A DNA stretch of 64,000 bases from Ylistrum balloti (lineage: Eukaryota). Below are positions 1 to 11,960 of this stretch, piece after piece. The notes beneath the pieces were generated by a model. The model was not told where the DNA came from. It saw only the letters and a list, made by a program, of their open reading frames with translations, and made no database searches. Made by a program: the position numbers and the translations under genes. Each line of letters begins with the position of its first letter. Within the stretch, counting starts at the first letter, position 1. Location of the stretch: the NCBI RefSeq assembly GCF_031769215.1, contig NW_026782147.1, forward strand, positions 124,001 to 188,000, given 5' to 3'.

Positions 1-223
1 GTTCAAAATTACCTGTACATTGTCGACGGAAATGCATTATTTTATTAGTGACTTGCTCATGGAATGGAATGCAAACAATGAAATGAATGAATGAAAACAA
101 TTTGCTTTATTGATGCTTGTTTTTCATTGACATCAGACAAATTATGAAACAATAAAAATACCTTTGCCACATGTATTAGAAAAAAATGTGTTTATTTTTA
201 TGTTTGTTGATCCTTATTTCCAG

Positions 224-520
224 ATCCAACATAACCCATGGGCCGGTAACCCACAGATTCCGTACACTATGCAAAACTCAACCTGCATGGTCACCCACTC
301 GAATGTGCCAAATTTCATGGGTCTTGCCCATCCTGGGCATCTTGCTTCACATCCGGGCGGTCCGCACCAACCTCCAACTCTGGCCCTGCATGGCGCTCAG
401 TCGCCTCCCCTTGACCCTTGTGAGAACGGTGAGCGACGGACGAGCAGTATAGCTTCCCTCCGGCTCAAAGCGCATGAACACAGTGTTGCTATGGGCATAT
501 TTAGTGCATATGGAAAGTAA
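224..520 (+). CDS. Alx: Terminal coding exon of an Alx/Cart1-type paired-class homeobox gene (upstream exons lie outside the window)
   Basis: Acceptor ccttatttccag ends at 223, then phase-0 IQHNPWAGN...ERRTSSIASLRLKAHEHS...YGK*. SSIASLRLKAHEH is an OAR motif. QIQHNPWAGN resembles the post-homeodomain QIQNNLWAGN segment of vertebrate ALX1 (recalled, not searched). Confidence 0.82.
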   Translation: MQHNPWAGNPQIPYTMQNSTCMVTHSNVPNFMGLAHPGHLASHPGGPHQPPTLALHGAQSPPLDPCENGERRTSSIASLRLKAHEHSVAMGIFSAYGK

Positions 521-1162
521 ACAATGTGCCACAAGGCATGGCAATGTTATTTTACTGGATAAACAAATATGATAATTTGCCAGTAATGTAATTTGGTCAT
601 CGCTGATGCGTTGGCTAGGTGTGAGTGCTGGCTGGGAAAATCCCAAGATTGTCGAAAGGGCTAGCCGACATATGGCGTCAACAGCTGTAGAATGGACACT
701 AAAGAAAACGAAAGCAAAGGAACGGTGTAAATGTAAAGGGTGGAGATAATATGGATTGTGACAGAAAGAATTAAGGAAGGTTACTACAGTACTGATGTTT
801 ATACACAGTGAATACCAGAGTGGTAATATAGGCTGATGAACGTAATAGACTGTCGCCGAAATCAGCATCGCATGCATTGTGTCGCGCGCATGTTTACACA
901 AGGGAATGTTTCACGTGCTAGATGCTGGTAATGACAACACATCTACCTGATGCGTGAGTTACGACGGAGCTCGATATACACATGAAGTCTGGAACAGTTG
1001 GACACGTGCTTAATTTGTGCAAAGAATGAGACTAACATTACAAGTTCTATTCCCATAACTCTTGTTTCACATAAAATTAATTTGAGAAAAATATAGAAAA
1101 TTATGCATTTTTTTATAATTCTAGATATTTGTGTTTCCGTCAATTACGCAACGCCGTGACCG

Positions 1163-1168
1163 AATAAA
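1163..1168 (+). promoter_or_regulatory. Candidate polyadenylation signal of the Alx gene
   Basis: AATAAA about 640 nt after the stop codon. AT-rich context, so weak. Confidence 0.25.
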
Positions 1169-2920
1169 TGATTACAACTGTGAAATGTACGTATATGAAT
1201 TTCACGTGTATTAAAGACATTCATAGAATTATGAATAACCTATAAAATAGGCAGTTATTTGCATCATCCCTTTGAAGTGCCGTAACACATGGGGGAGTTT
1301 CTATTTTACGACAGTAGGTGGTGAACATGTGAACAAAAATTAAACCTCGTAGATTGCATTTCTCGGGGTCTCGGGACACTCTTATTCAAGCAAGGAAAAC
1401 TTAAGGTGCAAAGGCCCGGGGATGAATGTCTCTGGCCACGATATTGTTAAATATTTTTATATTACAAAGGCATATTTGTAAACAAATAAAGGTGAATTAT
1501 CTCCATGATACCTCGCAATCTGCAGGCTGAAATAATCATCATTCGAAATCTCTCTGCAGTTTACCATATAATGTAATACCCACATTCCGGAAACATGCTT
1601 GCCGAAATGTTTCTATAATTAATATTTAGGTACTAGAAAATGTTATACATTTTTCAGTGTATAACGTAGTATATATCTACATCTGGTAGTTAACACTTTG
1701 ACCTTTCCCTCGTAATAAATCTGCAATTTTAAATTATGTAAACACGTTTATCCATTACAACTAATAAGTAGCAGGCCGAGGACTGTATGCAGGCTGTTAA
1801 CATGTAGAATTAAGTCGTGATAAAATCATATTATGGGAAGGAAGACTTACAATTCTTTCTTAATGATCGTAAATAAATTGGAAAAAGTAGGGAGTAGGGA
1901 ACAGATTAATTAATGATCAGATGGTGTAGGACCCGAAATATGGCAAGGAAATTGAGTAGGCCGTTAACGCTTTAATGGACTGCGGAAAGGACAGCCAAAA
2001 TATACGTTTTCTTGGGCAACTACATCAGCTGTAAAAATCCTGCAGGAGAATTCAGTTTCAAAATATCTTTAGTCAGTCAGTTTTGATGCTAAAACATGGA
2101 ACATTAATTATAAAAAAACTTTGGACTAAATCGTAGACTCTTCAGTATTTTCGTAATCAATGAAATATGAAGTTGATTGGTTTAATGGTGAAATATTTAA
2201 TACTTACTGTCAGGGGTAAAAACAAAAACGAACGTATTACTATTTTTTTTCTATTTTTACATGATACGTCTGTTTTTCTATTTTTTTTCAAATTTAATTA
2301 TGGGATCGAGATTGATTAAATTCAATAATTATTCATGTTATCACCAAGACATTCACATTCATTTTCCAAATAGCTTCACTCTGACTTTCGCGGTTCTCAT
2401 ATTAATATTAACGTGGTTTTATTTTCATGCTCTTTCAAATTGCATCAAAACAGAAAGAAGTCTTAACTTTCTGGAACGCCTATTCATTTCTTATCTTTGC
2501 TTTTCTGAGAGTCTCTGTGAAAATCTCATTATCTAATCTTTTGATGAATCAAGCATGACTTAGCTTATACATAATGAATGATTCGTCTTTCCATGGTGTA
2601 TAAATTTGATTTTTTTAATCTTCGTTTGAAACACGTTTGTGCTAAATACACCAGTACAATTATATTTGCATATGACATAAAATTCAAAGTGTTATTTATG
2701 TTTTAGTTAAAGCATTCATAAAATAAACATTTCGTAATTTATGGTCCATTCAAAAATTCTAAGCAAGAACCCTTCCATTTATTTGCAAAACATAAACACT
2801 GCTCATTGGCATTCATCACAACTCAACAGATCAAGTTATTGGTCATATTATCAATGAGGGATGTACATTAGACACAAGGTGAATAACAGTTTTTATTACA
2901 AATGATGTATAATTATTAAC

Positions 2921-2965
2921 TGCATAATACAGTTGTTTCGTCCTTTAAGACTCGGCAGTGATGTC
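2921..2965 (-). ncRNA. Minimal type I hammerhead ribozyme motif, degenerate (HHR-a)
   Basis: Minus strand GACATCA CTGCCGA GTCT TAAA GGAC GAAA CAACTG TA TTATGCA. Core A6 is changed and stem I is damaged. Family flanks span about 2860-3070. Confidence 0.7.
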
Positions 2966-3661
2966 AAAAGCCTTCAGTGTTGAAACCTAGGAGACGACCG
3001 AGGGAAATCCAAACTGGTCAAAAGAAATTCCGAAACATAGATGAAGAAGTGTACTAAACCAAAAGTATAATAAAATAAATTTCAAAATTTTCTTTGTAAA
3101 AAGTTTTTAAAAGAATGTCATGTACATGTGTATATTCTGAACCGGGCTCCTTTTTCGAATTAATTGAAATATGGCATGCAGGTCACAATTAATATCGTTA
3201 GCTTAAGCTCATCAGGGGTTTCTACCACAAAGAATCTAAACAACTATACAAAATATTTTCAAGTGAATAGCACGTCCCAGTGCAAAAAGGTTTTGATTTG
3301 GTAAAAATTAGCCAAATAATGGATTAAACTCTGTCTCAATATTTGAACTGTGTCTTAATTGGATATGATTTAATTCAATTTGTTCATTGAAGTATTTTTA
3401 TATCCATCGTTATGAAAGTTCTTCTACAATATTTGTGGAATTCTTAAACTTATCTTTTACTTTTGAGGTAGGTCGCCCGTAAGCAATGTTAATGCAAATA
3501 ATAAATAATCTTGCTGCGGAATTGTAAAATGATACTCTGACGATGAAATTCGAAGTTAATTAGAGTGTTGTCACATGGTCAATGATTATGAGAACAGAAA
3601 AAGTCACATAAACGATCAACAAGAATTCTTTTTTTCTAAAGTATCAAAGGATTAAGATTAC

Positions 3662-3772
3662 ACAAACAAAACCAGAAAACCGAAAAACAAAACAGAACAA
3701 ACCCGCTCCCCCCCCAAAAAAAACCCACAAAAAACAAAAACAAAACAAAACAAAAACAAAAAACAAAAAACA
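3662..3772. repeat. A-rich (CAAAA/CAAAAA)n low-complexity tract
   Basis: Read directly from the sequence. Confidence 0.7.
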
Positions 3773-3854
3773 ATTTTAAAAATTGTTGAAAGTAGTTTTA
3801 TTATGCAGATAAAGAGTCGGATTCAGCAGAGTCAAACAATGAATGAACTGAACT

Positions 3855-3891
3855 GCATCTGTTTCCTCCTTCTTGGACTTTTCAGTGATGC
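3855..3891 (-). ncRNA. Hammerhead motif, degenerate (HHR-b)
   Basis: Minus strand GCATCA CTGAAAA GTCC AAGAA GGAG GAAA CAG-ATGC. The cleavage triplet is deleted. The 3' flank ttcattgtttgactctgctgaatcc matches the flank of HHR-c. Confidence 0.6.
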
Positions 3892-4030
3892 TATTGACCT
3901 ATTGACTTTCGTATTGGACGAAATATATATAAGAAAAACCAGACAAGGAGATACAGTCAACCCAATTACTCAATAAATTTCATAAATGTCATAATATCAG
4001 TGGTTAATAATTCCAGAACGCCGTCAATTA

Positions 4031-4333
4031 TTATTGCATTCTGAATCGTGCTTCTATTTGAATTAATTGAAAAGTGGCATTCAGGTTACGGCAAATATCG
4101 GGGTTCCAAATCAACATGCGGTTTCTGAAATCTTTTGTGTCTTTCGTGCAATCCTCAATATTGCAGTTGTACTTACAGCTCCTGAGATATGCCGTAATAT
4201 ACATGCCATGCTTAAAAACGAGACCAAAGTATAAACAAAGGAAAGAATCAGAGACCCTTGGAGAGAACCGGGTTATAAAAGCAGGTGATTCAAAATGATA
4301 AGTGACATCTGTTTCATCGGCAATACCTGTCAT
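4031..4333 (-). other. Unidentified 100-aa ORF, open for about 16 more codons upstream; possibly a captured or decayed coding fragment
   Basis: ORF track. Mixed, protein-like composition (MTGIADETDVTYHFESPAF...RSCKYNCNIEDC...). No family recognised. Confidence 0.3.
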
Positions 4334-4508
4334 AGTAGTAATTATGCGTCTTGGTCCCGCATATGTAGTGATGCGTTCTTAAACCAGACCCTGATTTATA
4401 ACAAGGACAGTATTAGGTATAAACTTTGGCCAAGAGAACAGAATATTTTTAACCAAAATAACGCCCAATAATCTTCAACAACATGGATTGCTTGAGGTCA
4501 CGGCAAGG

Positions 4509-4703
4509 ATGACTGATGCGTCCTGAGGGTACTCGCCACAATCCCCGTGACGATGGATCATGCGTACTGGTGATACTTGCCAAAGTTCCGGAAGGGATGG
4601 CTTATGTTTCCTGGGGATACTTGCAACGGATCCGGTAATAATGGTTCATGCGTGTTGGGGATACCCGCAACAGATCCGGTAAGGATGGCTTATTTTCCTG
4701 GGA
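4509..4703. repeat. Diverged 44-bp tandem array, about 4.4 copies
   Basis: Units start at 4509, 4553, 4597, 4641 and 4685 (atgactgatg, atggatcatg, atggcttatg, atggttcatg, atggcttatt) with exact 44-bp spacing. Confidence 0.8.
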
Positions 4704-5006
4704 AACTATATATATCAATATTTTCTTTTTCTTTGAACGACAAAGTCAGATATATATTCAAGGAAAAAAATAGTTTACGGTCTGAAATGATGAAGCAAGC
4801 CCAATTTGAAAATGCGTAAACAAATAGATAAATGAATTAAAAGGCTGCAATGTGGGAACGTTTAACATATTATCAACGTGCCAAAATCTGTTAAACTTGA
4901 TATTTGTTTCTGCAATTTCTAAAGAGATTACAAAAGACACCTGTGAAAAACACCTTTTGATACAATTCTGGATTCAGATACAGTAGAGCCAAACAATGTA
5001 TTAAAC

Positions 5007-5038
5007 TGCATCATACAGCTATTTCATCCTTCTAGGAT
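5007..5038 (-). ncRNA. 3' half of a hammerhead motif (HHR-c)
   Basis: Minus strand ATCC TAGAA GGAT GAAA TAGCTG TA TGATGCA. The CUGANGA half is missing. Confidence 0.6.
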
Positions 5039-5589
5039 CTAAAATCATTATTTACAATAATTTCAAAATCTGGTAATTTAATTTTATACATGCTATCCAA
5101 GTGTATGCTGTATGCTATGAATTTTTATGAACAAAACATAAACGGAAAATCATGGGAGGAAAAAGAGAAGAAAAAAAACGATGGAATATATATTTCATAC
5201 AACCTTGCCAAAATAAGTTATTAAGGAATTTGTATTATAAGCTTATGAGTTTAAATGAAATTAGTCTCCTTAGATATCTGTATAATTTTGTTAGGCCGAA
5301 AGTGGTTTTTCCACCGCCTCAGATGATATGTGTCTGTTTTATCAGATCCTAAAATCTCTTTCTGCTCAAAGAAAAATCCCATAATCCAGGAAGTTGTTGT
5401 GAAGGATCGAACAGAATTTGTTATAAGACTAGCTGGTTGTTATGACAACAGGATCTATCTAGGCACTGGATATAGTCGGTAGTCCACTTTTTTCATTAGA
5501 ATTTTTTCTTGAAGCGAATAGTCTATAACTTTGTATCATCTTATAATTTTTTTCCAACTTTCATATCAGTGAAAACCAAAATTAAAAAA

Positions 5590-5830
5590 TTAATAATAAT
5601 TATAATAAAGATGAATTAATAAAAAATAATATCAATAACATAAATAAATAGATAAATAAATAAATAAATAATAACTTTTTCGAGTGGGAAATAAAAAAAA
5701 ACCCAAATAAAAAAAACATTATAAAACAAACAAACAAAACAAAACAAAAATAAAACAAAAAAGGACAATGATAATAAAAAGATTCGGGAGTAAAATCCAA
5801 AAACCAAAAACGAAAAATTAAGATAACAAC
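5590..5830. repeat. A-rich (AAAT)n/(AAAC)n low-complexity tract
   Basis: Read directly. Explains the F/L/I-rich ORFs at 5600-5848. Confidence 0.7.
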
Positions 5831-6668
5831 TAAAAATTCAATAACCAACTTTTTTGGGAGAGTAGATCATAGCTCTCTAGTAGTTTCAATACTTGAGCAA
5901 CTAGAATAAGATAATATGATGTACTGTAATTCATAAAAGCAAAGTTTATTGATGCACGTTAAATATCGTTCAATACACATCGAGATTTTCGGTTCTTAGA
6001 AACGGATATGCATTACATGCAACGGCATGAAGAACGGATCAAAAAGTAGTACCGCTAGCAGCAAAGGAAACATTGCCTGTCAAAGGCACATCGATTAGAT
6101 TTCCTTGGAACGGGAACCTTATAGTTTGTTTGACGGGTCTTATGTTCAAATGGTGTGTGGCTGTTGGCCATAATCAAGACCATGTCAAAAGTTACTTGAG
6201 AGCGTTACTTGTATTAGAATTTCATGCGGGGTGATGTTTACATTCATTTGCCAGAGGTAAATCAGCTTGTAATTCATTTCCAGCGTCTGTCTTTTGTATC
6301 ATTATAAGATAATGACACCTTCCGATGGAAATTTATGATAGGCGAGGTATTTGATGAATATTTTTAAAAAAGTGTTATTCATTTGTGTGCCCTTTTGTAC
6401 AATCGATTGAATAAAACTAGATCAAAGAGGTTTTTTCATTCTTCTATGACTCGTTATTGATACTAAAGGGCATAAGCATGGAAAGTCAAAAGGGACTTTG
6501 AAAGATCAACGTGAAAGTCACGCTACCTATCAATAAATCAAATTGGTAACTTTTGCGCGCTGAAATTTCTTAAAATTTGACAATATGGCATTTAAGACAA
6601 TGAATTTTGCAGGAATGATATATAAGAGAGTAAAGTGGAATAAAGTAATGGAGGAAAATTCTGCCAAC

Positions 6669-6805
6669 TACTGTTAAATCGTATATTTTCGCGGGGCTCT
6701 ATTTTCTCATTATAACAGTTCGTGGACATATCAATACGTGGATTAAGAGTACCCACGAAATCAATGAAAATAAAACCCCCGACGAAAATTAACAGTTTTA
6801 CAGTA
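6669..6805. mobile_element. Short MITE-like element with TACTGT...ACAGTA ends
   Basis: 5' tactgttaaa and 3' ttttacagta inverted termini. Internal ccacgaaa/ttcgtgg motifs recur near 30410-30570 and 42385-42520. Confidence 0.55.
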
Positions 6806-8904
6806 ATGAGTAGAACTCAATCACATAGCTGTTTATGGTGTCTGCGTGAACGACTCTCTATGATAGAGGGGACCGAAACTCAAAGGGAAAATTTGAATAG
6901 ATCTAGAATTAAAGGTTAGCTATTAAATCATTTATAGGAGACTATGAAAATTATCATTTCGTAATTTCTGAAAACGGGGCACTAGTCAAACACGATTATA
7001 GATGCTTTTAATGTTTGTTTGTACGACATATTGTTTAAACAAATTTAATATTCCATGGGCAAACAGCAAGAGAATTTAACAGCTAAACAGACATAGCATG
7101 TGAAGTCTGGTGACGTGTACAATGTCTGAAAATTTGTATATTTGATTTCCAAATGTAGAATGCTGTCATTTTTCGTATTTTTTTTTCACGAAAACAACAG
7201 TTATCTTCAAATTCGATGAAACAATGACTAAAAGAGAGCAAAAGAAATATTAACACGGATGTTTCTGAAATATACATTAAGACATTGTAGACTGATGCTA
7301 GTAATGTCGTCACGAGCAACCTGATGTATGTTTCTACGTATTCGCTCTTATATATTGATTAATTAATCATAAAATGTCACTACATAACTACAGCTTAGTA
7401 TTGTGCAAGGACATAATTTCATAATGCCTGCCGGTGATAAACTAAGCTGTCTAGAGATAATGAAGAATAAAGATAGAGTACACAAAACAAATAAAAGGAA
7501 ACAGTAATCGACGTGGAAAACAGACATTACGACATAAAAAGGTTTGACATTACATATCCTTGTCTTGTCAAACAAAACAAAAATAATAAGAAAAAGAATA
7601 AAAATACCAAACAAACAAACAAACAAAAAACAAACAAAAAATTGAAAACAACAAACAAAGCAAAAAACAAAACCAAATCCACGAAGGGACACACCAATAA
7701 CCAACATAAGCAGATACAACAAATATGAAGCAAAAACAAATAAACAGATATATTTTTCACTGCATAGATTATCTTCAAATTTGTTTCGTAAACATTTCAA
7801 AGAACCTAAACGAATTTTATAGTCTGCTTGAGTTTTTTTATGTTTCTCACATTGCACAAGGTTATGAGCATTTCTTAAATCAGGGCATTATTTGGCATTG
7901 TGCCAAAAGTCCTTTAATAAAAATGTATACTGATCTTACATGGCGCATTGGAATATTTTTTCTAAATTGGATTTGTCAAAAACGTATACTCCCTTATTTC
8001 ATTATAAAAGCTGAAGCTATATATAGGTCACTTGTAACAAATAGATAGCGAACATAAACAAGAAACAATACCTAAATGGAAAAAAAGTACGGAACTTTAA
8101 ACCTAAATCCAATAGCTTACCTGTTTGGAGGAGAATGGCATCGGTAAATTTTAGGGGAAAACATTCCAAAGGACAAATATGAATTACTTGATACAAACTT
8201 TAAATTGCGATTTATTTAATTAACATTTTTTAAAATCAGCTTTGTGTTTTTTTAGTTTAAAATATCCTCTAGCAAATCCAAATAACACACACAAAAATTT
8301 ATTTCGAATTTTATTATAATTGGTGTTAGCTACACTTCTCATCTAAACGGGTCGAAATGGCAGATAATGTTGCACAGACATACAGCGCTTGCGTTTTATA
8401 AACGTACCGATTTCTTTTCAACAAAGTTGTTGTTCATTCAGTCTTATCATATTAATTAGAAAGAATATCATGATTTGTCCTACAACAATCTGGACGAAGA
8501 CTCTACCAACACATTTCCAGGAAGAGAAACAATGGGATCGTCTACCAAACATTAACTTACCAAGGAATAGGATGTGGATTTAGAGTTAACAACAATATAC
8601 ATTAAGTGACATTGATTTGTAGAAAAAAAAAAAAAAAAAAAAAAAGATTGGAAACTTTACGTTTTTGACATATTTCTTAATCTATTTTTATTTTTTATCT
8701 GTCACAATGCAATTACCAAGCATCGTGCCTTGATGTTATGTTGATATCTTTATTAAAGTAAAGTGTAAGTTAGGCTATGTATGCAGATAGGTCAGATGTA
8801 AGTTAGCCTACCAAAGCAGATAAGTTAGATGTATGTTAGCCTTAGTACACATGTTAGAAGTAATTAAACCTATCTAAGTTTAAAAGAAAAAAAATCGCCA
8901 TGTC

Positions 8905-9750
8905 AGCCAAATCTTAATCCAAACTCACATTCAATAAAACTGGGGCAAAATACGAACAAAAGACTTCTGAAAAAGTACAAGAAGAATAAGAACACGTGTT
9001 CCGAAAGAGTGTCTTCTTCTAAACCTTGGTCAATCCAAATTAGTAATGCCACGTTCTCAAATGAATGAGAAAAAAGGGTATACAACAACGGAACCAACAA
9101 GCAAATAAATCTGTTTAATACCACACACACACAAAGAAATAAAACATTTCTTAATAAGATCACCATGACGCCCAATCTACCCAATAATTTTCATTAACTG
9201 CATCGTTTGAAACCTTGTGTTACAAGTTTGTCCGTCAGATGACGACTTCTTACATACAAATCGTGATAGTGATGACTATCCAGAAATAGAAATTTCACAT
9301 TAGGAATATTGAAATCACCCTCATATCATAGTTTGGTGAAAAACTGTCCATGTTGGATTCGATCGAGATGAGCAGATGATGTGGAAGAATCTGTCGTGCC
9401 TTTGATTTTCAATTCTATTGGGTATATACGATGGATGTTGTCAATAGTTTTTTGTTATTTAAAGACAAGACGTCAGCAATATATCTGAAAATGAAATTTA
9501 ACGACCTTGCAAGGTCTTTGTGACCTGTTCGATAAGCCCTTCGATAAATTCAGCTTCGTATGAAAAAAGTCATTCAAGAGAAGGGCGGAATTAGTTCCCA
9601 TAAGTATGACAATAGTCTGTTGAAAGAGCTTGCCACCCAACTCGACGAAGATATCGTCAACCAGAAACTCGATTATTTTCATTATTTCATCCTCCGTATA
9701 TTTCTCCTTTGATTTGGACGTATTTTTTGTTTTACGAAATACGCTACAGT
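8905..9750 (-). mobile_element. Penelope-like retroelement: decayed 3' part of the RT plus 3' UTR
   Basis: KYTEDEIMKIIEFLVDDIFVELGGKLFQQTIVILMGTNSALLL matches the PLE RT pattern (FQQxxGIPMGTNCAPLLA). Frameshifted remnants follow (HPIELKIKGTTDSS, TDKLVTQGFK), then the UTR shared with the other copies. Confidence 0.8.
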
Positions 9751-11747
9751 ATAGTTCACAACCATATATTGTTATTGCTAGAAACAAACTCTCACATCAA
9801 GAGAACGGACGCGTTTTTCAGTATAGAATGGGGTTCGGTGATGTACATGGTAGAAAAGTCAAACTTTTTTTTTTACAGAAGAAATGTTTTCTAGAAGAGC
9901 GTGTTGAAGACTGGTCAAGAGGTCTTTGGAGTTCTACACACTACTAATTGAACCTCTTGAGTAAATAATATCACAAAAAGACTGTAACCCAGATCTGATA
10001 GTACTAAGACTGGTGGTTAGTAGTTTGGACAAAGGCTTTTTGAACAGCTAGGCGACCCAGCAATAGCACTTTGTTTTTATGTATACTTCTTGTGACGAAT
10101 ATAATCGGGTAAGGTCCGTATCCTTATCATTAATAGGCAATCTTAATTATTGTTATACTGGAGCAATTATTTCGTCTTTGGAAAAATTGCATAATGTATA
10201 TGTGGCGTTTCCTTCGTTATCAAGTAAGCCTAGATATTTTTGTATACAGGAAATGTAAAACTGTTTGCAGACAAGGATAAAGTTATTGGACGTCATATCT
10301 GCAGGCACAATAACACAATTGTCATGTAAATCTTGAAGTGAGGATTACCTTTAGGATCAAGGAAATCTGTCCTGTGTTTTGTTTCCTTTTTAGATTTCAA
10401 GCTCCAAAATATTTTAAGACTGATGGAACTAGTGGATTTAACCCACTAAGAAAGTGAATCCAACGCAGCATGGTCTTGTTTCGCCTAGAAAGTAAGCAAG
10501 TTATATGTAAATCAGCCTATTTAAGCGGCAGTCATATTTTGAAAATAAATGTTAATTTAACATATTCAGTCACATGAGTAATTTATATCACGCTTTATGT
10601 TTAATTTTGTGAAGTTGTTGTCTGGTCTCCTCGTCTCTCCCTATTGTATTCTGATCCAGACAAACTGATACGTGTTAGGAGTCTTCGCTTCTTTCATGTC
10701 GTATCTGATAATTGATTTTATTAATATCACTTGTTTTTATTGTTTTGTATTATGTTTGTAAGGTTTTTTCCTAAATTGAAATAACTACTTTTTTCTGTTG
10801 AAATTAAATTGTTCATAGATGACATGTTTATCAAAATATTGCGTTTATAACACATTAAAAAATATGTGATCTAGTCGAGACTGGTGCGGTGATAAAAAGT
10901 AGAGGACAAACTTAAGGAAGTATGTTTTGTTTGCTTAACGTCTTAAAAAGCTTTAAACCACACACCAGGTGTCTGTTCTGTTTCATTATATATACGTATC
11001 TTGATGTTCTATTCCTTATTGAGATCATTATTCATTTCTAGGCATTAGGTTGCGCTAGATAGCGAACGTATATATCATTTCCCCATTTCTTTGTGACATA
11101 TCCAAGTATCGAAATAGATTGATCAAACATCACACTTGCCAGTGATGCTAGAGGCAAAATAGTGTTTATCTATTAATTAAGTCAGGAACAATACTCCCTA
11201 TCGACCTAAAGCATTAACAGAATAGAGAAGGGGTTGAATACTAACCTCGTTATTAAATTAATAGATTCATTTTCGAATTTAAGATTATTTCTCAAAAACA
11301 TTTACGTCAAATTTCAAGGACTAAAATTTACTAGCAGAGGTTGGTAGGAAGTTCCATATTCTTCAATAATGATACAAATTCATTATTTCCCTGCTTATTC
11401 GCCAGACGGTTAATTAATATTCTCTGATGAATTTAATCGGCAAAATGAAAGAGAATATCAGTGTAGTTATCTCAGGAGTGGATTAACAATAAAACTTTCG
11501 TGTGTTAGCCGGGTTTGTGTTGATTACATGTATCATTGGAAATGTGTTTAATCTATATTTAGTTATGTTAAAGAGTTTGTGTTATTGTAAGCGTAGTTTA
11601 TTCGTACACTGTATTTCCATTTACAATATGCTAAAAGAAATAACACGGAGGCCCCTGAAAACGTATAAGGATAATGAGATTTGGGTTTCGGAAGGGTAAG
11701 TGGCTTTTTTTTCAACCACCATGTAAATTCTGTTATTTATTATCGAA

Positions 11748-11960
11748 TACTGTATACCGGTAAATTTTCTCCAACGTTTATGTTTCGTCCTTTTCGTATA
11801 TAAACACAAAGGACGATTTTAAGATTAGGGGCGAACATTCCGTCCACACATAAAACGCTTTTATATAAACCTCAAATGGCGAAATGAACATGAGGCGAAT
11901 TTGTGTATCATGGAGAAAGGGTGAATATAACCTAGGGCGAAAATATCCCGGTATACAGCA
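11748..11960. mobile_element. MITE with about 22-bp terminal inverted repeats
   Basis: TACTGTATACCGGTAAATTTTC ... GAAAATATCCCGGTATACAGCA (19/22 match as inverted repeat). Confidence 0.75.

Noticed and set aside
347-901. 184-aa minus-strand ORF
   Set aside because: Antisense to the Alx exon and UTR; no motif.
5300-6400. Coding-looking minus-strand patches
   Set aside because: All frames are broken by stops and no family was recognised.
5600-7857. F/L/V-rich and K/N/T-rich ORFs (5600-5848, 7363-7857, 7513-7728)
   Set aside because: Translations of A/T simple repeats.
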